Origin: Nitrospirota bacterium
GTDB lineage: Bacteria; Nitrospirota; Nitrospiria; 2-01-FULL-66-17
Length of the DNA: 64,000 nucleotides
Assembly (NCBI GenBank): GCA_049325335.1
Contig: JBMOMC010000045.1
Location: forward strand, 50,032 to 114,031
Reading direction: 5' to 3'
Positions 24,888-34,229 of this stretch are shown here, one piece after another. Under the pieces are notes generated by a model, which was not told the origin of the DNA, made no database searches, and saw nothing but the letters and a program-made list of their open reading frames with translations. Made by a program: the position numbers and the translations under genes. Position 1 is the stretch's first letter; each line of letters opens with the position of its first letter.

Positions 24888-27800
24888 ATGACCCCTCGAA
24901 GACCACCTCCCTGGACAATCATGATGTCGGTACTCCTTGCCCTGGGAGCAGTACTTTCAGGGTGTGCGGGCTCATGGCATGCTTCCCGTCATGGCTGGCA
25001 CCAGCAATCAGGCGTATCTGCATACAACCGAGGCGATTACTATAAGGCTGAGCGCGAGTTTACCACCGCAATTGCGGAGGCTGAGTATCCGGGCCAGCCG
25101 ATGACCTCATTGACACGGAGTATATCCAGCCTCGCCAATCTGTATCGAGTCGTAGGAATGATCGATGATGCTGAGAGGCTCTACCGCCGCGCGCTTGAAA
25201 TTCGCCTGCAGACGCTGGGCCCTGACCATCCCGACACGGCGGTGGTCTTTGCCAGACTGGCTGAGATATACCATGATTGGGGATTTTTCGATCAGGCCGG
25301 AGCGGTGTATTGGCGGGCGCTAAGCGGATTGTCCTCCCAGACACCCGTCGCCTTTCGGAACCAGGCTCAGACCACCGCACTCATCAACGATATCCGAGCG
25401 CTATGCAGGGCTGCCCAGCGCGATTGCTCCACGCTCGATCTGTTAACGAGAACCCTGACGGTTCCCGACAACACGGGCGCAGGATTGTCCGAACCGCTTT
25501 GGAGCGACCCATCCGTTGTCTATAGCGGGAGGATGTCGTCGTATGCGCTACGAGCGAATATCAGCGGTCATATGGCCGTCTTATGGACCACCGGCAACAG
25601 CAGACTCGCGGAAGATCATGAGCTATGGGTGAAACCATATGAACCTGACAAAAAATGGGGAAACCATGAGTTGGTCCGCGCGACCACGGATCGACTCTCC
25701 CAGCCTCAACTCGCAATCAATGAAACCGGTGACATGGTGGCCCTCTGGCTCGAACGTACGGCGTCGGATGTGGATGTCTGGTCGGCGCACTACACCATTG
25801 GCAGAGGGTGGAACCAGCCTGCGCTTGTCGAGACAATCACCGGCGAGGCGGATCACCCCGACATCGCGATTGATAACCAAGGAAACGCCGTCGCCGTGTG
25901 GAGCCGGTTCAGCGGGTTGCAGAACGATCTTTGGGCAAACCGGTATGAGCCTGGGATCGGCTGGAATACGCCCGTCCTGATCGAGACTCATGATGGCGAC
26001 GCGTTACGCGCTCGCGTCCAAATCAGTCGACATGGCCATGCGCTGGTGGTGTGGACCCAAAGCGGCCACGTGTGGGCCAACCACTACAAATCGAATATCG
26101 GGTGGGGGGCGGCCACCGCGATCGAATCGAACTCCGGACCGCCGTCCCATCCTACCGTAGCCTTCGACCGCGAGGAGAACGGCGTCGCGGTGTGGTTTCA
26201 AGATGCCGGTGTTTGGACAGGCCGACGTCTCCTCGATGGACAATGGGAGTCTCCACGACGAATCGGCGAAGGGTTTCAGGCATGGAGCCGCCCGCAGATC
26301 TCTGCGCGTCATGACGGCAGCCTGCTGGCCGTTTGGAAGGAGAGCAGCCTCTCGAACGACTTCCTCGTCAGCCGCTACGATGCTGCGTCCGGCTGGAGGA
26401 GCGCGACACGGATCAAGAGCCCCCACAGTGCCGATATATTTGAGCGCGGCCAATACCTTGTCGCGCGACAGCGAACGTCGGCGGACGAGTCTACGCTCAC
26501 GTTGCGTGTATTCGATACGCACGCTTTTCTCGCGAGCGATCCGGGGCACTCTAACGACCGGCCGTTTACAGTGCCTCCCGAGGCAGTGACGATGCCCGAC
26601 CACCCCGACGTTGCGTCAAGCCTTAACCGGTTGGGAGTTTCCTATCTTCAGGAAGAAGCCTACGCGCCCGCAGAAGCGCTGTTCCGCTCCGCCCTCGCCA
26701 TGCAAGAACGGACCCTCAAGCCTCACGATCTGCGGATTGCGAGAACCCTGCGGCTGATGGCCTATACCGAACACCGGCAACAGCACTACGCTCCGGCGGG
26801 ACCTTTGTACGAACGCGCACTGACCATCTTGGAGAGAGGGGTTGGCCCAACTCACCCGCTCGTCGCCGTGACGCTCCGCGACCTCGCCGCGTCATATTTC
26901 GCACAGGACCGATTTCATGATGCGCGGTCCCTGCTCGAACGCCAAGTCACGATGCTGAAGGAAGTCGGGGCTTCGGTGCAGACCGAAACCGCCGCGGCCC
27001 TTGTGAATCTCGCCCGTACGGAATTCGAACTCGGAGCCCTGCCACCCGCCGAGGGCCACGCGAGGGAAGCTCTTCTGATACATGAAACCGCGGGAACCGG
27101 TGGCAACGATCTCTCCCAGACGCTCAAAGTCTTGGGGGGAGTCCTCTTGGAGCAAGAGGCCTATGGTGATGCGGAATCGCTCCTTCGTCGCGCGCTCGCG
27201 ATCGACGAGACGACGTGGGGAGCCGAGCACTACGCGGTTGGAGACGGGCTCCGAGCATTGGGGCGCATTGCCAGCGCGCAACGGCGATGGTCCGACGCCA
27301 CGGAGCTGTACGACCGCGCCAGCGCCATTTTCGAGAAGACCGTCGGGCCTGACCACCGAAATATGGCGCTCCTGATGGTCAATCAGGGCGATCTCCACTT
27401 GAGCCAAGCGGACTACCTGTCCGCTGAGAAACGCTACCGCAGCGCCATCCCGATTCTCGAGAAGACGTTGTCGCCTGCGCATCCGGATATCGCATACGCC
27501 CTGACACAGTTGGCCGCAAGTTTGCGCGCCCAGCGAAAGGACGCAGATGCCGAGTCCCTACTACGTCGCGCCCTCGATATCAGGGAGCAGGCATTCGGGA
27601 ACGACGCCCAGGTCGTCGCATCGAGCCTCGGTGATCTGGCCACGGTGTTGATTGAGCGGGGGAGCTACGACGAGGCTGAGTCCCTGCTCACGCGAAAACT
27701 GGCCATCCTCGATAGCGCCGCCGAGAAAAGCGATCAGCAGGTCGCCGACACACTCCAACTCTTGGCCTGGAGTCACTATCGTCAAAAAGAATTTGCCCTC

Positions 27801-28133
27801 ACTGTTCCATTGTTGGAACGTGTGCTCTCGATTCGTGAACGCACCTTAACGTCGGAGGATCATCGGGTCGCGCAGGCATTGGAAGACCTCGCCGGTGTGT
27901 ATCTGATGCAAACCAGATATCTCGACGCAGATTCCCTCTACCGACGCGCGATCACCATCCTTGAGAAGTCTCCCGATCGCTTGTTCGATCTGACTCGAGT
28001 CGTTGAGACATACGCGGATCTCCTATGGAAAATGAAGCGGCCGCTTGAAGCGATGGAGTGGCAGACCAAGGCTCGGAATATGTGGTCGCTCGCGCTTCAA
28101 CGGTCATCCTACATCCGGAAGGGAATCCTTTAA
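24888..28133 (+). CDS. Large lipoprotein: TPRs, beta-propeller-like repeats, then a long TPR array
   Basis: Lipobox LSGC; kinesin-light-chain-like TPRs (LGPDHPDTA, AE.LYRRAL.I); central repeats P.IA....GNAVAVW...WANRY....GW. Confidence 0.85.
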   Translation: MTPRRPPPWTIMMSVLLALGAVLSGCAGSWHASRHGWHQQSGVSAYNRGDYYKAEREFTTAIAEAEYPGQPMTSLTRSISSLANLYRVVGMIDDAERLYRRALEIRLQTLGPDHPDTAVVFARLAEIYHDWGFFDQAGAVYWRALSGLSSQTPVAFRNQAQTTALINDIRALCRAAQRDCSTLDLLTRTLTVPDNTGAGLSEPLWSDPSVVYSGRMSSYALRANISGHMAVLWTTGNSRLAEDHELWVKPYEPDKKWGNHELVRATTDRLSQPQLAINETGDMVALWLERTASDVDVWSAHYTIGRGWNQPALVETITGEADHPDIAIDNQGNAVAVWSRFSGLQNDLWANRYEPGIGWNTPVLIETHDGDALRARVQISRHGHALVVWTQSGHVWANHYKSNIGWGAATAIESNSGPPSHPTVAFDREENGVAVWFQDAGVWTGRRLLDGQWESPRRIGEGFQAWSRPQISARHDGSLLAVWKESSLSNDFLVSRYDAASGWRSATRIKSPHSADIFERGQYLVARQRTSADESTLTLRVFDTHAFLASDPGHSNDRPFTVPPEAVTMPDHPDVASSLNRLGVSYLQEEAYAPAEALFRSALAMQERTLKPHDLRIARTLRLMAYTEHRQQHYAPAGPLYERALTILERGVGPTHPLVAVTLRDLAASYFAQDRFHDARSLLERQVTMLKEVGASVQTETAAALVNLARTEFELGALPPAEGHAREALLIHETAGTGGNDLSQTLKVLGGVLLEQEAYGDAESLLRRALAIDETTWGAEHYAVGDGLRALGRIASAQRRWSDATELYDRASAIFEKTVGPDHRNMALLMVNQGDLHLSQADYLSAEKRYRSAIPILEKTLSPAHPDIAYALTQLAASLRAQRKDADAESLLRRALDIREQAFGNDAQVVASSLGDLATVLIERGSYDEAESLLTRKLAILDSAAEKSDQQVADTLQLLAWSHYRQKEFALTVPLLERVLSIRERTLTSEDHRVAQALEDLAGVYLMQTRYLDADSLYRRAITILEKSPDRLFDLTRVVETYADLLWKMKRPLEAMEWQTKARNMWSLALQRSSYIRKGIL

Positions 28134-28191
28134 CCGTCTGAGCTCACCTCCCTCCGAAAAATCAGATCCCTGGCCACACAGTCTCGCAGGT

Positions 28192-28305
28192 GCGAGCAAC
28201 GCCAACCGCGGCGCCTCGCGGATCGTCCGGGCGATTGCGGAAGGCCGCAAAGCCGCGGCCGGCGTCGAACGCTACCTCAAAACCAAATCGCCCGTCGGGC
28301 GGTAA
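28192..28305 (+). pseudogene. Diverged duplicate of the gltD 3' end (matches 24607-24720)
   Basis: Encodes [32 protein letters not shown] versus glt[33 protein letters not shown]. Confidence 0.9.
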
Positions 28306-28330
28306 GAATCCCCGGGCATCTTCGCTGCAG

Positions 28331-28356
28331 GTCATTCCCGCGAAGGCGGGAATCTA
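28331..28356. repeat. GTCATTCCCGCGAAGGCGGGAATC palindromic REP-like unit
   Basis: ATTCCC-N8-GGGAAT hairpin; only one copy seen. Confidence 0.6.
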
Positions 28357-28454
28357 GATGCCCCTGCCGTGAGAATCCACGCGTGGGGTCGCTTGACCTC
28401 GACTGCGTTTTACCAGACAATGATCGATAGTTACGCCTGAAACGGAGGCCTGCC

Positions 28455-28664
28455 GTGTCGACCACGACGATTTCTTCAAAATTTCAGATCGTGATTCCCA
28501 AAGATATCCGGGACAAGCTCGGCTTGAAACCCCGACAGCGGTTTCATGTCCTCGAGAAAGGCCGGACCATCATCTTAGTCCCCGAAGTCCCGTTGTCATC
28601 TCTGCGGGGAATTGCCAAAGGAATCGATCGTTCTGGAATTCGTGAAAAGAAAGATCGATCGTGA
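28455..28664 (+). CDS. AbrB/MazE-family antitoxin
   Basis: ISSKFQIVIPKDIRDKLGLKP; GGAGG RBS; overlaps the PIN gene. Confidence 0.88.
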   Translation: MSTTTISSKFQIVIPKDIRDKLGLKPRQRFHVLEKGRTIILVPEVPLSSLRGIAKGIDRSGIREKKDRS

Positions 28665-29032
28665 AAGCACTGGTCGATTCCAGTGGCTGGATCGAGTTCT
28701 TTGCCGAAGGCCCACTGGCGGACCGTTAAGCATCTTACCTGCGGTCCCCGGCTCGGCTCGTCACGCCAACCGTCGTACTGTATGAGGTGTATAAGCGACT
28801 GAAACGTGAACTCGGAGAAGACCTTGCGCTATTTGCCACCGAGCAGATCCGGGCGACCCACATCATCCCCCTCACCGAGTCCCTGGCTCTGCTGGCCGCT
28901 GACATGAGCCTTGAACACGGTTTGGCTATGGCCGACGCAATCGTGTACGCCACGGCACAAAACCAGAATGCGCGGTTAGTCACCAGCGATGCGGACTTCC
29001 AAGACCTCCCAGCCGTCGACTACGTACGCTAA
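28661..29032 (+). pseudogene. vapC: VapC PIN toxin with in-frame TAA at 28727-28729
   Basis: MKALVDSSGWIEFF...ADR*ASYL...PTVVLYEVYK...LAMADAIVYATA...LVTSDADF, all in one frame. Confidence 0.85.
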
Positions 29033-29399
29033 CACGATCACCGTCTATGGTCGCGAAGGCTGTCCCATGTGCGCGGACGCGAAACAGTGGTTGACCGAGC
29101 GCAAGATCGCGTTCACGTTCCGGGAAATTTTCGAACAGCCGCTTTCCGCGGATGAATTGCGCGCCCTGGCCCAAAAAACCTCGAACAGCACCTATGATCT
29201 GTACGCCCCGAAAGGCGCTCGAAGAGTCGGTTTGCCCGAGGATGGACGCGCACTCACCTCTGATCAGATCGTGAATCTCCAAGTCGGCAACCCCGATTTG
29301 ATTCGTTACCCGTTGTTCGAGTTCGACAACCGACTGCTCTTTGGTTTTCACCAGGCCACGCGTGATGCGCTGATGGCCCTCGTAGGAGAATCCGGATGA
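28989..29399 (+). CDS. ArsC/Spx-family thioredoxin-fold protein
   Basis: [31 protein letters not shown]; start uncertain. Confidence 0.75.
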   Translation: MRTSKTSQPSTTYANTITVYGREGCPMCADAKQWLTERKIAFTFREIFEQPLSADELRALAQKTSNSTYDLYAPKGARRVGLPEDGRALTSDQIVNLQVGNPDLIRYPLFEFDNRLLFGFHQATRDALMALVGESG

Positions 29400-29791
29400 C
29401 CGAGAAGATCACGAAATCCGATGCGGAATGGAAAGCCCAGCTCACGCCCGAGCAGTACCAGGTGACGCGCAAGAAAGGCACCGAACGCGCGTTCACGGGC
29501 CAGTACCACGACTCCAAGGAACCCGGCACTTACACCTGCGTGTGCTGCGGCAACCCCCTGTTCAGTTCGGAGACGAAATTTGACTCGGGCACGGGCTGGC
29601 CCAGCTTCTATCAACCCATGTCTCCCGACGCGGTCAGCAGCGAGGACGACAGCAGTTTCTTCATGCGCCGCACCGAAGTCCTCTGCAGCCGCTGCGACGC
29701 CCACCTGGGCCACGTGTTTCCGGACGGACCGAAGCCGACCGGACTGCGCTACTGCATCAACTCCGCGTCGCTGAAGAAAACGAAACCATAA
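29396..29791 (+). CDS. msrB: Peptide methionine-R-sulfoxide reductase
   Basis: [38 protein letters not shown]. Confidence 0.97.
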   Translation: MTEKITKSDAEWKAQLTPEQYQVTRKKGTERAFTGQYHDSKEPGTYTCVCCGNPLFSSETKFDSGTGWPSFYQPMSPDAVSSEDDSSFFMRRTEVLCSRCDAHLGHVFPDGPKPTGLRYCINSASLKKTKP

Positions 29792-29804
29792 CGAGAGGTC
29801 GATC

Positions 29805-30764
29805 ATGGGACGATTCCGCAACGCCCTCCCCCAACTCGGTGGTGAGTTCTTTCTGGCCGACGGCGGCATCGAGACCACCCTGATCTTCAACGAAGGACTC
29901 AACCTGCCGGACTTCGCGGCGTTCGACCTCTTGAAGCGCCCGAATGGTGAGGATGCGCTCCGCAAGTACTTCCGAACCTATGCGGAAATGGCCCAACGGT
30001 TCGGCGCGGGATTGATCCTGGAAAGCGCCACCTGGCGGGCCAGCGCGGACTGGGGCAAGCGGTTAGGTTACGACGACAAGGCGCTGGTTGACGCGAACCA
30101 GCGCGCAATCCGGTTGCTCGAAGCGATCCGCGACGAGTTCGGCCGCGACGCCAACAACGTGGTCATCAGCGGATGCGTGGGCCCGCGCGGCGACGGGTAC
30201 AACCCGGCGCACATCATGTCCGAGAAAGACGCGGAAACGTATCACCGCAAACAGATCGACACGTTCGCGGATAGCGCGGCGGACATGGTCACGGCGATCA
30301 CCATGAATTACGCCCAGGAAGCAATCGGCGTGACCAGGGCCGCTCAAAAGGCCGGCATGCCGGTCGTCATCTCATTTACTGTGGAGACGGACGGCAAACT
30401 CCCGACCGGTCAACCGCTGCAGGCCGCGATCGAACAGGTGGACTCCGCCACCTCGAATTATCCTGCCTACTACATGGTCAACTGCGCCCACCCTGCGCAC
30501 TTCGACCACGTGTTATCTGAGTGTCGGCCCTGGACAAACCGCATTCGCGGACTGCGGGCCAATGCCTCGCGCAAGAGCCACGTGGAACTCAACGAATCCC
30601 CGACTCTAGATATCGGCAACCCGACTGAATTCGGCACCGAACACGCGCAGCTCAAGAAACGGCTCTCGCACCTCAACGTCCTGGGCGGCTGCTGCGGCAC
30701 GGACCACCGTCACATCGAGCAAATCGCCTCGGCCTGTTCCCCGCTGTTTCGGAAACCAACCTGA
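29805..30764 (+). CDS. Homocysteine S-methyltransferase family protein
   Basis: DGGIETTLIF, GPRGDGY, VNCAHP, GGCCGTD. Confidence 0.9.
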   Translation: MGRFRNALPQLGGEFFLADGGIETTLIFNEGLNLPDFAAFDLLKRPNGEDALRKYFRTYAEMAQRFGAGLILESATWRASADWGKRLGYDDKALVDANQRAIRLLEAIRDEFGRDANNVVISGCVGPRGDGYNPAHIMSEKDAETYHRKQIDTFADSAADMVTAITMNYAQEAIGVTRAAQKAGMPVVISFTVETDGKLPTGQPLQAAIEQVDSATSNYPAYYMVNCAHPAHFDHVLSECRPWTNRIRGLRANASRKSHVELNESPTLDIGNPTEFGTEHAQLKKRLSHLNVLGGCCGTDHRHIEQIASACSPLFRKPT

Positions 30765-30834
30765 CAGACGCCGACGAGCCCACATGCCTCCAGGTCAGGA
30801 CCGGCGCAGGCAAGAGATTCGGGGAGGGCGTCGC

Positions 30835-30864
30835 TTGACATACTATATTTGATATAGCCATAAT
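30835..30864 (+). promoter_or_regulatory. Sigma70-like promoter with operator palindrome for the HigBA module
   Basis: TTGACA-N18-CATAAT with CTATAT-TTG-ATATAG between the boxes; ATG 5 nt after the -10 box suggests a leaderless mRNA. Confidence 0.7.
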
Positions 30865-30869
30865 GCGGC

Positions 30870-31151
30870 ATGTGGCGCATTGAGGAACACCGACGGGTCG
30901 ATAAGCAGGTCGGATCGGCCCCTCGGGAGATTCTCATGCGATATGAAAAGTGGAAGGACATCGCGGCACTATCTGGCCCGGCCGGGCTTCGTCTCATCAA
31001 GGGGTTCCATGACGAAGCGCTTTCCGGCGAGTGGCGCGGGTATCGATCCTCCCGCCTTGGAATTCAGTGGAGGGTCATTTACCGCGTCGTCACAAAAGAG
31101 ATGCTTTTCCAAGTTGCGTCGATCACCGCGCATGACTACCGGAGGCCGTAA
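30870..31151 (+). CDS. RelE/HigB-family toxin
   Basis: GFHDEALSGEWRGYRSSRL..QWRVIY; lies upstream of an HTH antitoxin. Confidence 0.85.
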   Translation: MWRIEEHRRVDKQVGSAPREILMRYEKWKDIAALSGPAGLRLIKGFHDEALSGEWRGYRSSRLGIQWRVIYRVVTKEMLFQVASITAHDYRRP

Positions 31152-31412
31152 ATGAAAGACTATCGTCCCGCGAAAAAGCGCATCACCGTCTCGGTCGGCG
31201 AATCCGTCCGGATTCTTCGCGAGCTGCAGGAGCTGAGCCAGAACCAACTAGCCCGACTGACCGGCATTCCACAGACAACGATCTCGGCCATCGAGAACGG
31301 TCGTGTCCGTCTCGGTGTCGAGCGAGCCAAAGTCTTGGCCCGAGCACTCAAGTGCCACCCCGGAGTGTTGGTGTTCCCGGGTTGGACGCTTTCCGACGAA
31401 ACGGCCGCATAA
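31152..31412 (+). CDS. Xre-HTH antitoxin (HigA-like)
   Basis: LSQNQLARLTGIPQTTISAIENG. Confidence 0.87.
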   Translation: MKDYRPAKKRITVSVGESVRILRELQELSQNQLARLTGIPQTTISAIENGRVRLGVERAKVLARALKCHPGVLVFPGWTLSDETAA

Positions 31413-31438
31413 CGACGAACGGCGCTTAAGGCAACCGC

Positions 31439-31837
31439 ATGGAACCCCGAATCAGCTTCATCACCCTCGGCGTCGCGGATCTCGATCGAGCCACGCGCTT
31501 CTACGAACACGGCCTTGGCCTGCCGCGACTCGAAACTCCGCCATCCGTCACGTTCTTCGAACTGGGCAAGACCTGGCTCGCCTTGTGGCCGCGGGAGAAC
31601 CTGGCAGCGGACGTAGGTTTGTCGCCGCAAGGCTCCGGATTCTCCGGCTTCTCCCTAGCCCACAATGTCCGCTCCCCCGCCGAAGTCGATGCGCTGCTGG
31701 CACACGTCGCCACGTTCGGCGCCAAAGTCGTGAAGCCCGGCCAACCCACATTCTGGGGCGGCTACGCCGGCTACTTCACCGACCCCGACGGCTTCCTCTG
31801 GGAAGTCGCCCACAACCAGGACTTTCCGCATGTGTAA
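31439..31837 (+). CDS. VOC/glyoxalase family protein
   Basis: ISFITLGVADL..A..FY, FWGGY.GYF.DPDG.LWEVA. Confidence 0.93.
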   Translation: MEPRISFITLGVADLDRATRFYEHGLGLPRLETPPSVTFFELGKTWLALWPRENLAADVGLSPQGSGFSGFSLAHNVRSPAEVDALLAHVATFGAKVVKPGQPTFWGGYAGYFTDPDGFLWEVAHNQDFPHV

Positions 31838-31881
31838 ATATTCAGGGGACGGTCGACCCCTGAAAAATTCGAGGTATATAT

Positions 31882-32679
31882 ATGGCTCACCGCTGGCCTA
31901 CCACTAATCTCAACTCCGAAGTGGACGTTCTACAAGTGTGTGCTGAGCTTCGCGGCAAGAGATGGTTATGTCGTGGGCAATCGAAATGCTATGGCAGCCT
32001 TATCCCATCGATCGACCACGAGCCGCGACACACACTCTCGCGTTCTGAAAAGCTTTCGCTAGAACGTCAGAGCATCGATGTCTTTCGTTCAACGGCGAAG
32101 TTCTTCGCACATCCAGGCGAACAGGGCGCTTTGACTGATGACTTTATTGCATTGATGGTGTTGCGACACTATGGAGTACCAACCCGGCTTCTCGATTGGA
32201 CCATGTCTCCCTATGTAGCAGCGTATTTCGCTGCTTGCAGTCGCGACACGGAAGACGGCGAGATTTGGAGTTTTGACGAACCTTTTTATGAGCAAGAGGG
32301 AAAGAAACAATGGGTTCGGTGGCCGGAGACAACGACTGATGGTACCGGCGGCGATTCCAAGTTCGCTGCCGGGCTGACGGCCTTTACTCTACATGAGCCA
32401 CCCGATTGGTTCATCTGCGCTTTCTACCCCGGAGGTTTCCCCCGTCAACTTGCTCAGGTCGGTGCCTATACTACCACCGCCCGGTTCGGTCAAGACCATA
32501 CCATTGCTATTGCTAACCTACTGTCCGACCCGGCTCGCTACCACCTTTACATCATCAGTGCCAGACTGAAGCAAAAACTACGAACAAACTTACGCGAGAG
32601 CCACGGTATTTGGCGCGGATCACTTTTCCCGGATTCTGCCGGAGCTGCTGCCACTGCGGCAACAGGGTTCGAACAGTAG
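31882..32679 (+). CDS. FRG-domain protein
   Basis: WLCRGQ..L.PS, HYGVPTRLLDWT.SPYVAAYFA, terminal SLFPD; visibly more AT-rich than its neighbours. Confidence 0.85.
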   Translation: MAHRWPTTNLNSEVDVLQVCAELRGKRWLCRGQSKCYGSLIPSIDHEPRHTLSRSEKLSLERQSIDVFRSTAKFFAHPGEQGALTDDFIALMVLRHYGVPTRLLDWTMSPYVAAYFAACSRDTEDGEIWSFDEPFYEQEGKKQWVRWPETTTDGTGGDSKFAAGLTAFTLHEPPDWFICAFYPGGFPRQLAQVGAYTTTARFGQDHTIAIANLLSDPARYHLYIISARLKQKLRTNLRESHGIWRGSLFPDSAGAAATAATGFEQ

Positions 32680-32682
32680 GTT

Positions 32683-33513
32683 ATGCCCAATATGGGTAAC
32701 GAATCCCCTCTTCCAAGTCCCCTCGCCACTCCCCAGCCCTGGAGCCTGGTGGCGGACGCGTATACCGCGGAGTTGTTGTCGCAGTTCGAATTATTCGCTC
32801 GCGACGCGCTGCGGCTTGCCGAGTTGCCGAGGTCGCCGCGCATCGTGGACGTGGCCACGGGGCCGGGAACGCTGGCGTTGATTGCGGCTCAAGATCATGG
32901 CGCGCAGGTCAGCGCCATCGACTTCTCTCCCGTCATGATCGAGCATCTGCAACGGCGGGCCAAGCAAGTCCGGCTCGCTTCCATCGACGTGCGAGTGGGC
33001 GACGGCCAGGCGCTCCCATTTGCCGATGACGCCTATGACGGCGCGTTCTCCATGTTCGGTCTGATGTTCTTCCCAGACCGCGCGGCCGGGTTCCGCGAGC
33101 TGCGTCGTGTGCTGCGGCCTGGGCGGCGAGCGGTGGTGGGCAGTTGGGCCCCGCTCGACGGCGCGTTCGCCCTTGTCATGGACGGGATTCGCGCCATGCT
33201 ACCCGATTTGCCGTTCGGCGACGGCAAGGGGCCGTTGAGTGACCCGGAGGAGTTCAGGGCAGAGATGACGGCGGCGGGATTCCGCGACGCAACGGTCCAC
33301 ACGGTCACGCATCCGTTCTCCATCCCCTCGTTGACCGAGTTCTGGGGCGTGGTGCAGCGCACCACGGCTCCGGTCGTGCTCCTGCGCCGCAAGCTGGGCG
33401 AGGAGCGCTGGGCCGACGTCGGGCGCGGAGTGTTCGATCGACTGCGCAGCGCGCTGGGCGACGGCCCGGTTACGGTTTCCGGCGTGGCGCGCTTGGGCGT
33501 TGGCGTGAAGTAA
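32683..33513 (+). CDS. Class I SAM-dependent methyltransferase
   Basis: VDVATGPG, GDGQALPF, FGLMFFPD, RVLRPG. Confidence 0.9.
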   Translation: MPNMGNESPLPSPLATPQPWSLVADAYTAELLSQFELFARDALRLAELPRSPRIVDVATGPGTLALIAAQDHGAQVSAIDFSPVMIEHLQRRAKQVRLASIDVRVGDGQALPFADDAYDGAFSMFGLMFFPDRAAGFRELRRVLRPGRRAVVGSWAPLDGAFALVMDGIRAMLPDLPFGDGKGPLSDPEEFRAEMTAAGFRDATVHTVTHPFSIPSLTEFWGVVQRTTAPVVLLRRKLGEERWADVGRGVFDRLRSALGDGPVTVSGVARLGVGVK

Positions 33514-33545
33514 GGCGTCAGGCGCCCACTACGCACGAAACCTCT

Positions 33546-34229
33546 ATGTCCTGGCGCGATTCGATTCGGCAACTCAGTCCGCGATCTGAGTTTCTGATCG
33601 TCATCGGTTCGACCTTCGGGATCAACTTCGTACTCTTTCTCGCAGGCCTCGCGCAGCAAGACATCCCGCATCAGATCGAGTTCAACGACGCGCGCCTGCT
33701 CTGGCTCCTGACGTATGAAGTCATCGTCAGTACGTTGCTCGTAGGGTTTCTGTACGTGCGAGGCTCGCGGCCGGCGGACTTTAATCTCCGGCTCACACGC
33801 CGAACCTTCGGAATGGCCGGGTTCTTGTTCGCGGGGTTCTATCTATATGGAATCGTCATGGGGGTGATCGCCAATGCGTTCGGCGTGTCGCACGTTTTCA
33901 CCCAGATTTCGTTCCAGGGTTCAGTCAGCCTCCCCGTCATCTTTTTGGTCTCGGTCATCAATCCGGTCTTCGAAGAGGTCCTGACCATCGCCTATGTTAT
34001 GAAGGCGCTCCGCCCGCACGGGGCGGCCTTTGCAATCGGAACCAGCGCGTGGCTCCGCCTCGTTGCGCACGCCTACCAAGGCCCGCTCGCCGCGGTGGTG
34101 GTGTTTCCCCTGGGAATCGCGTTCGGCATGGTTTACTGGCGCACGCGCGAGCTCTGGCCGTTGATCCTCACCCACGGGTTGATCGACCTCGTGGGCTTGC
34201 TGAGCATCCGGGCAGCCGGATCGTCCTAG
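33546..34229 (+). CDS. CPBP/Abi (CAAX) intramembrane metalloprotease
   Basis: NPVFEE, AHAYQG, LWPLILTH; multiple TM segments. Confidence 0.85.
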   Translation: MSWRDSIRQLSPRSEFLIVIGSTFGINFVLFLAGLAQQDIPHQIEFNDARLLWLLTYEVIVSTLLVGFLYVRGSRPADFNLRLTRRTFGMAGFLFAGFYLYGIVMGVIANAFGVSHVFTQISFQGSVSLPVIFLVSVINPVFEEVLTIAYVMKALRPHGAAFAIGTSAWLRLVAHAYQGPLAAVVVFPLGIAFGMVYWRTRELWPLILTHGLIDLVGLLSIRAAGSS

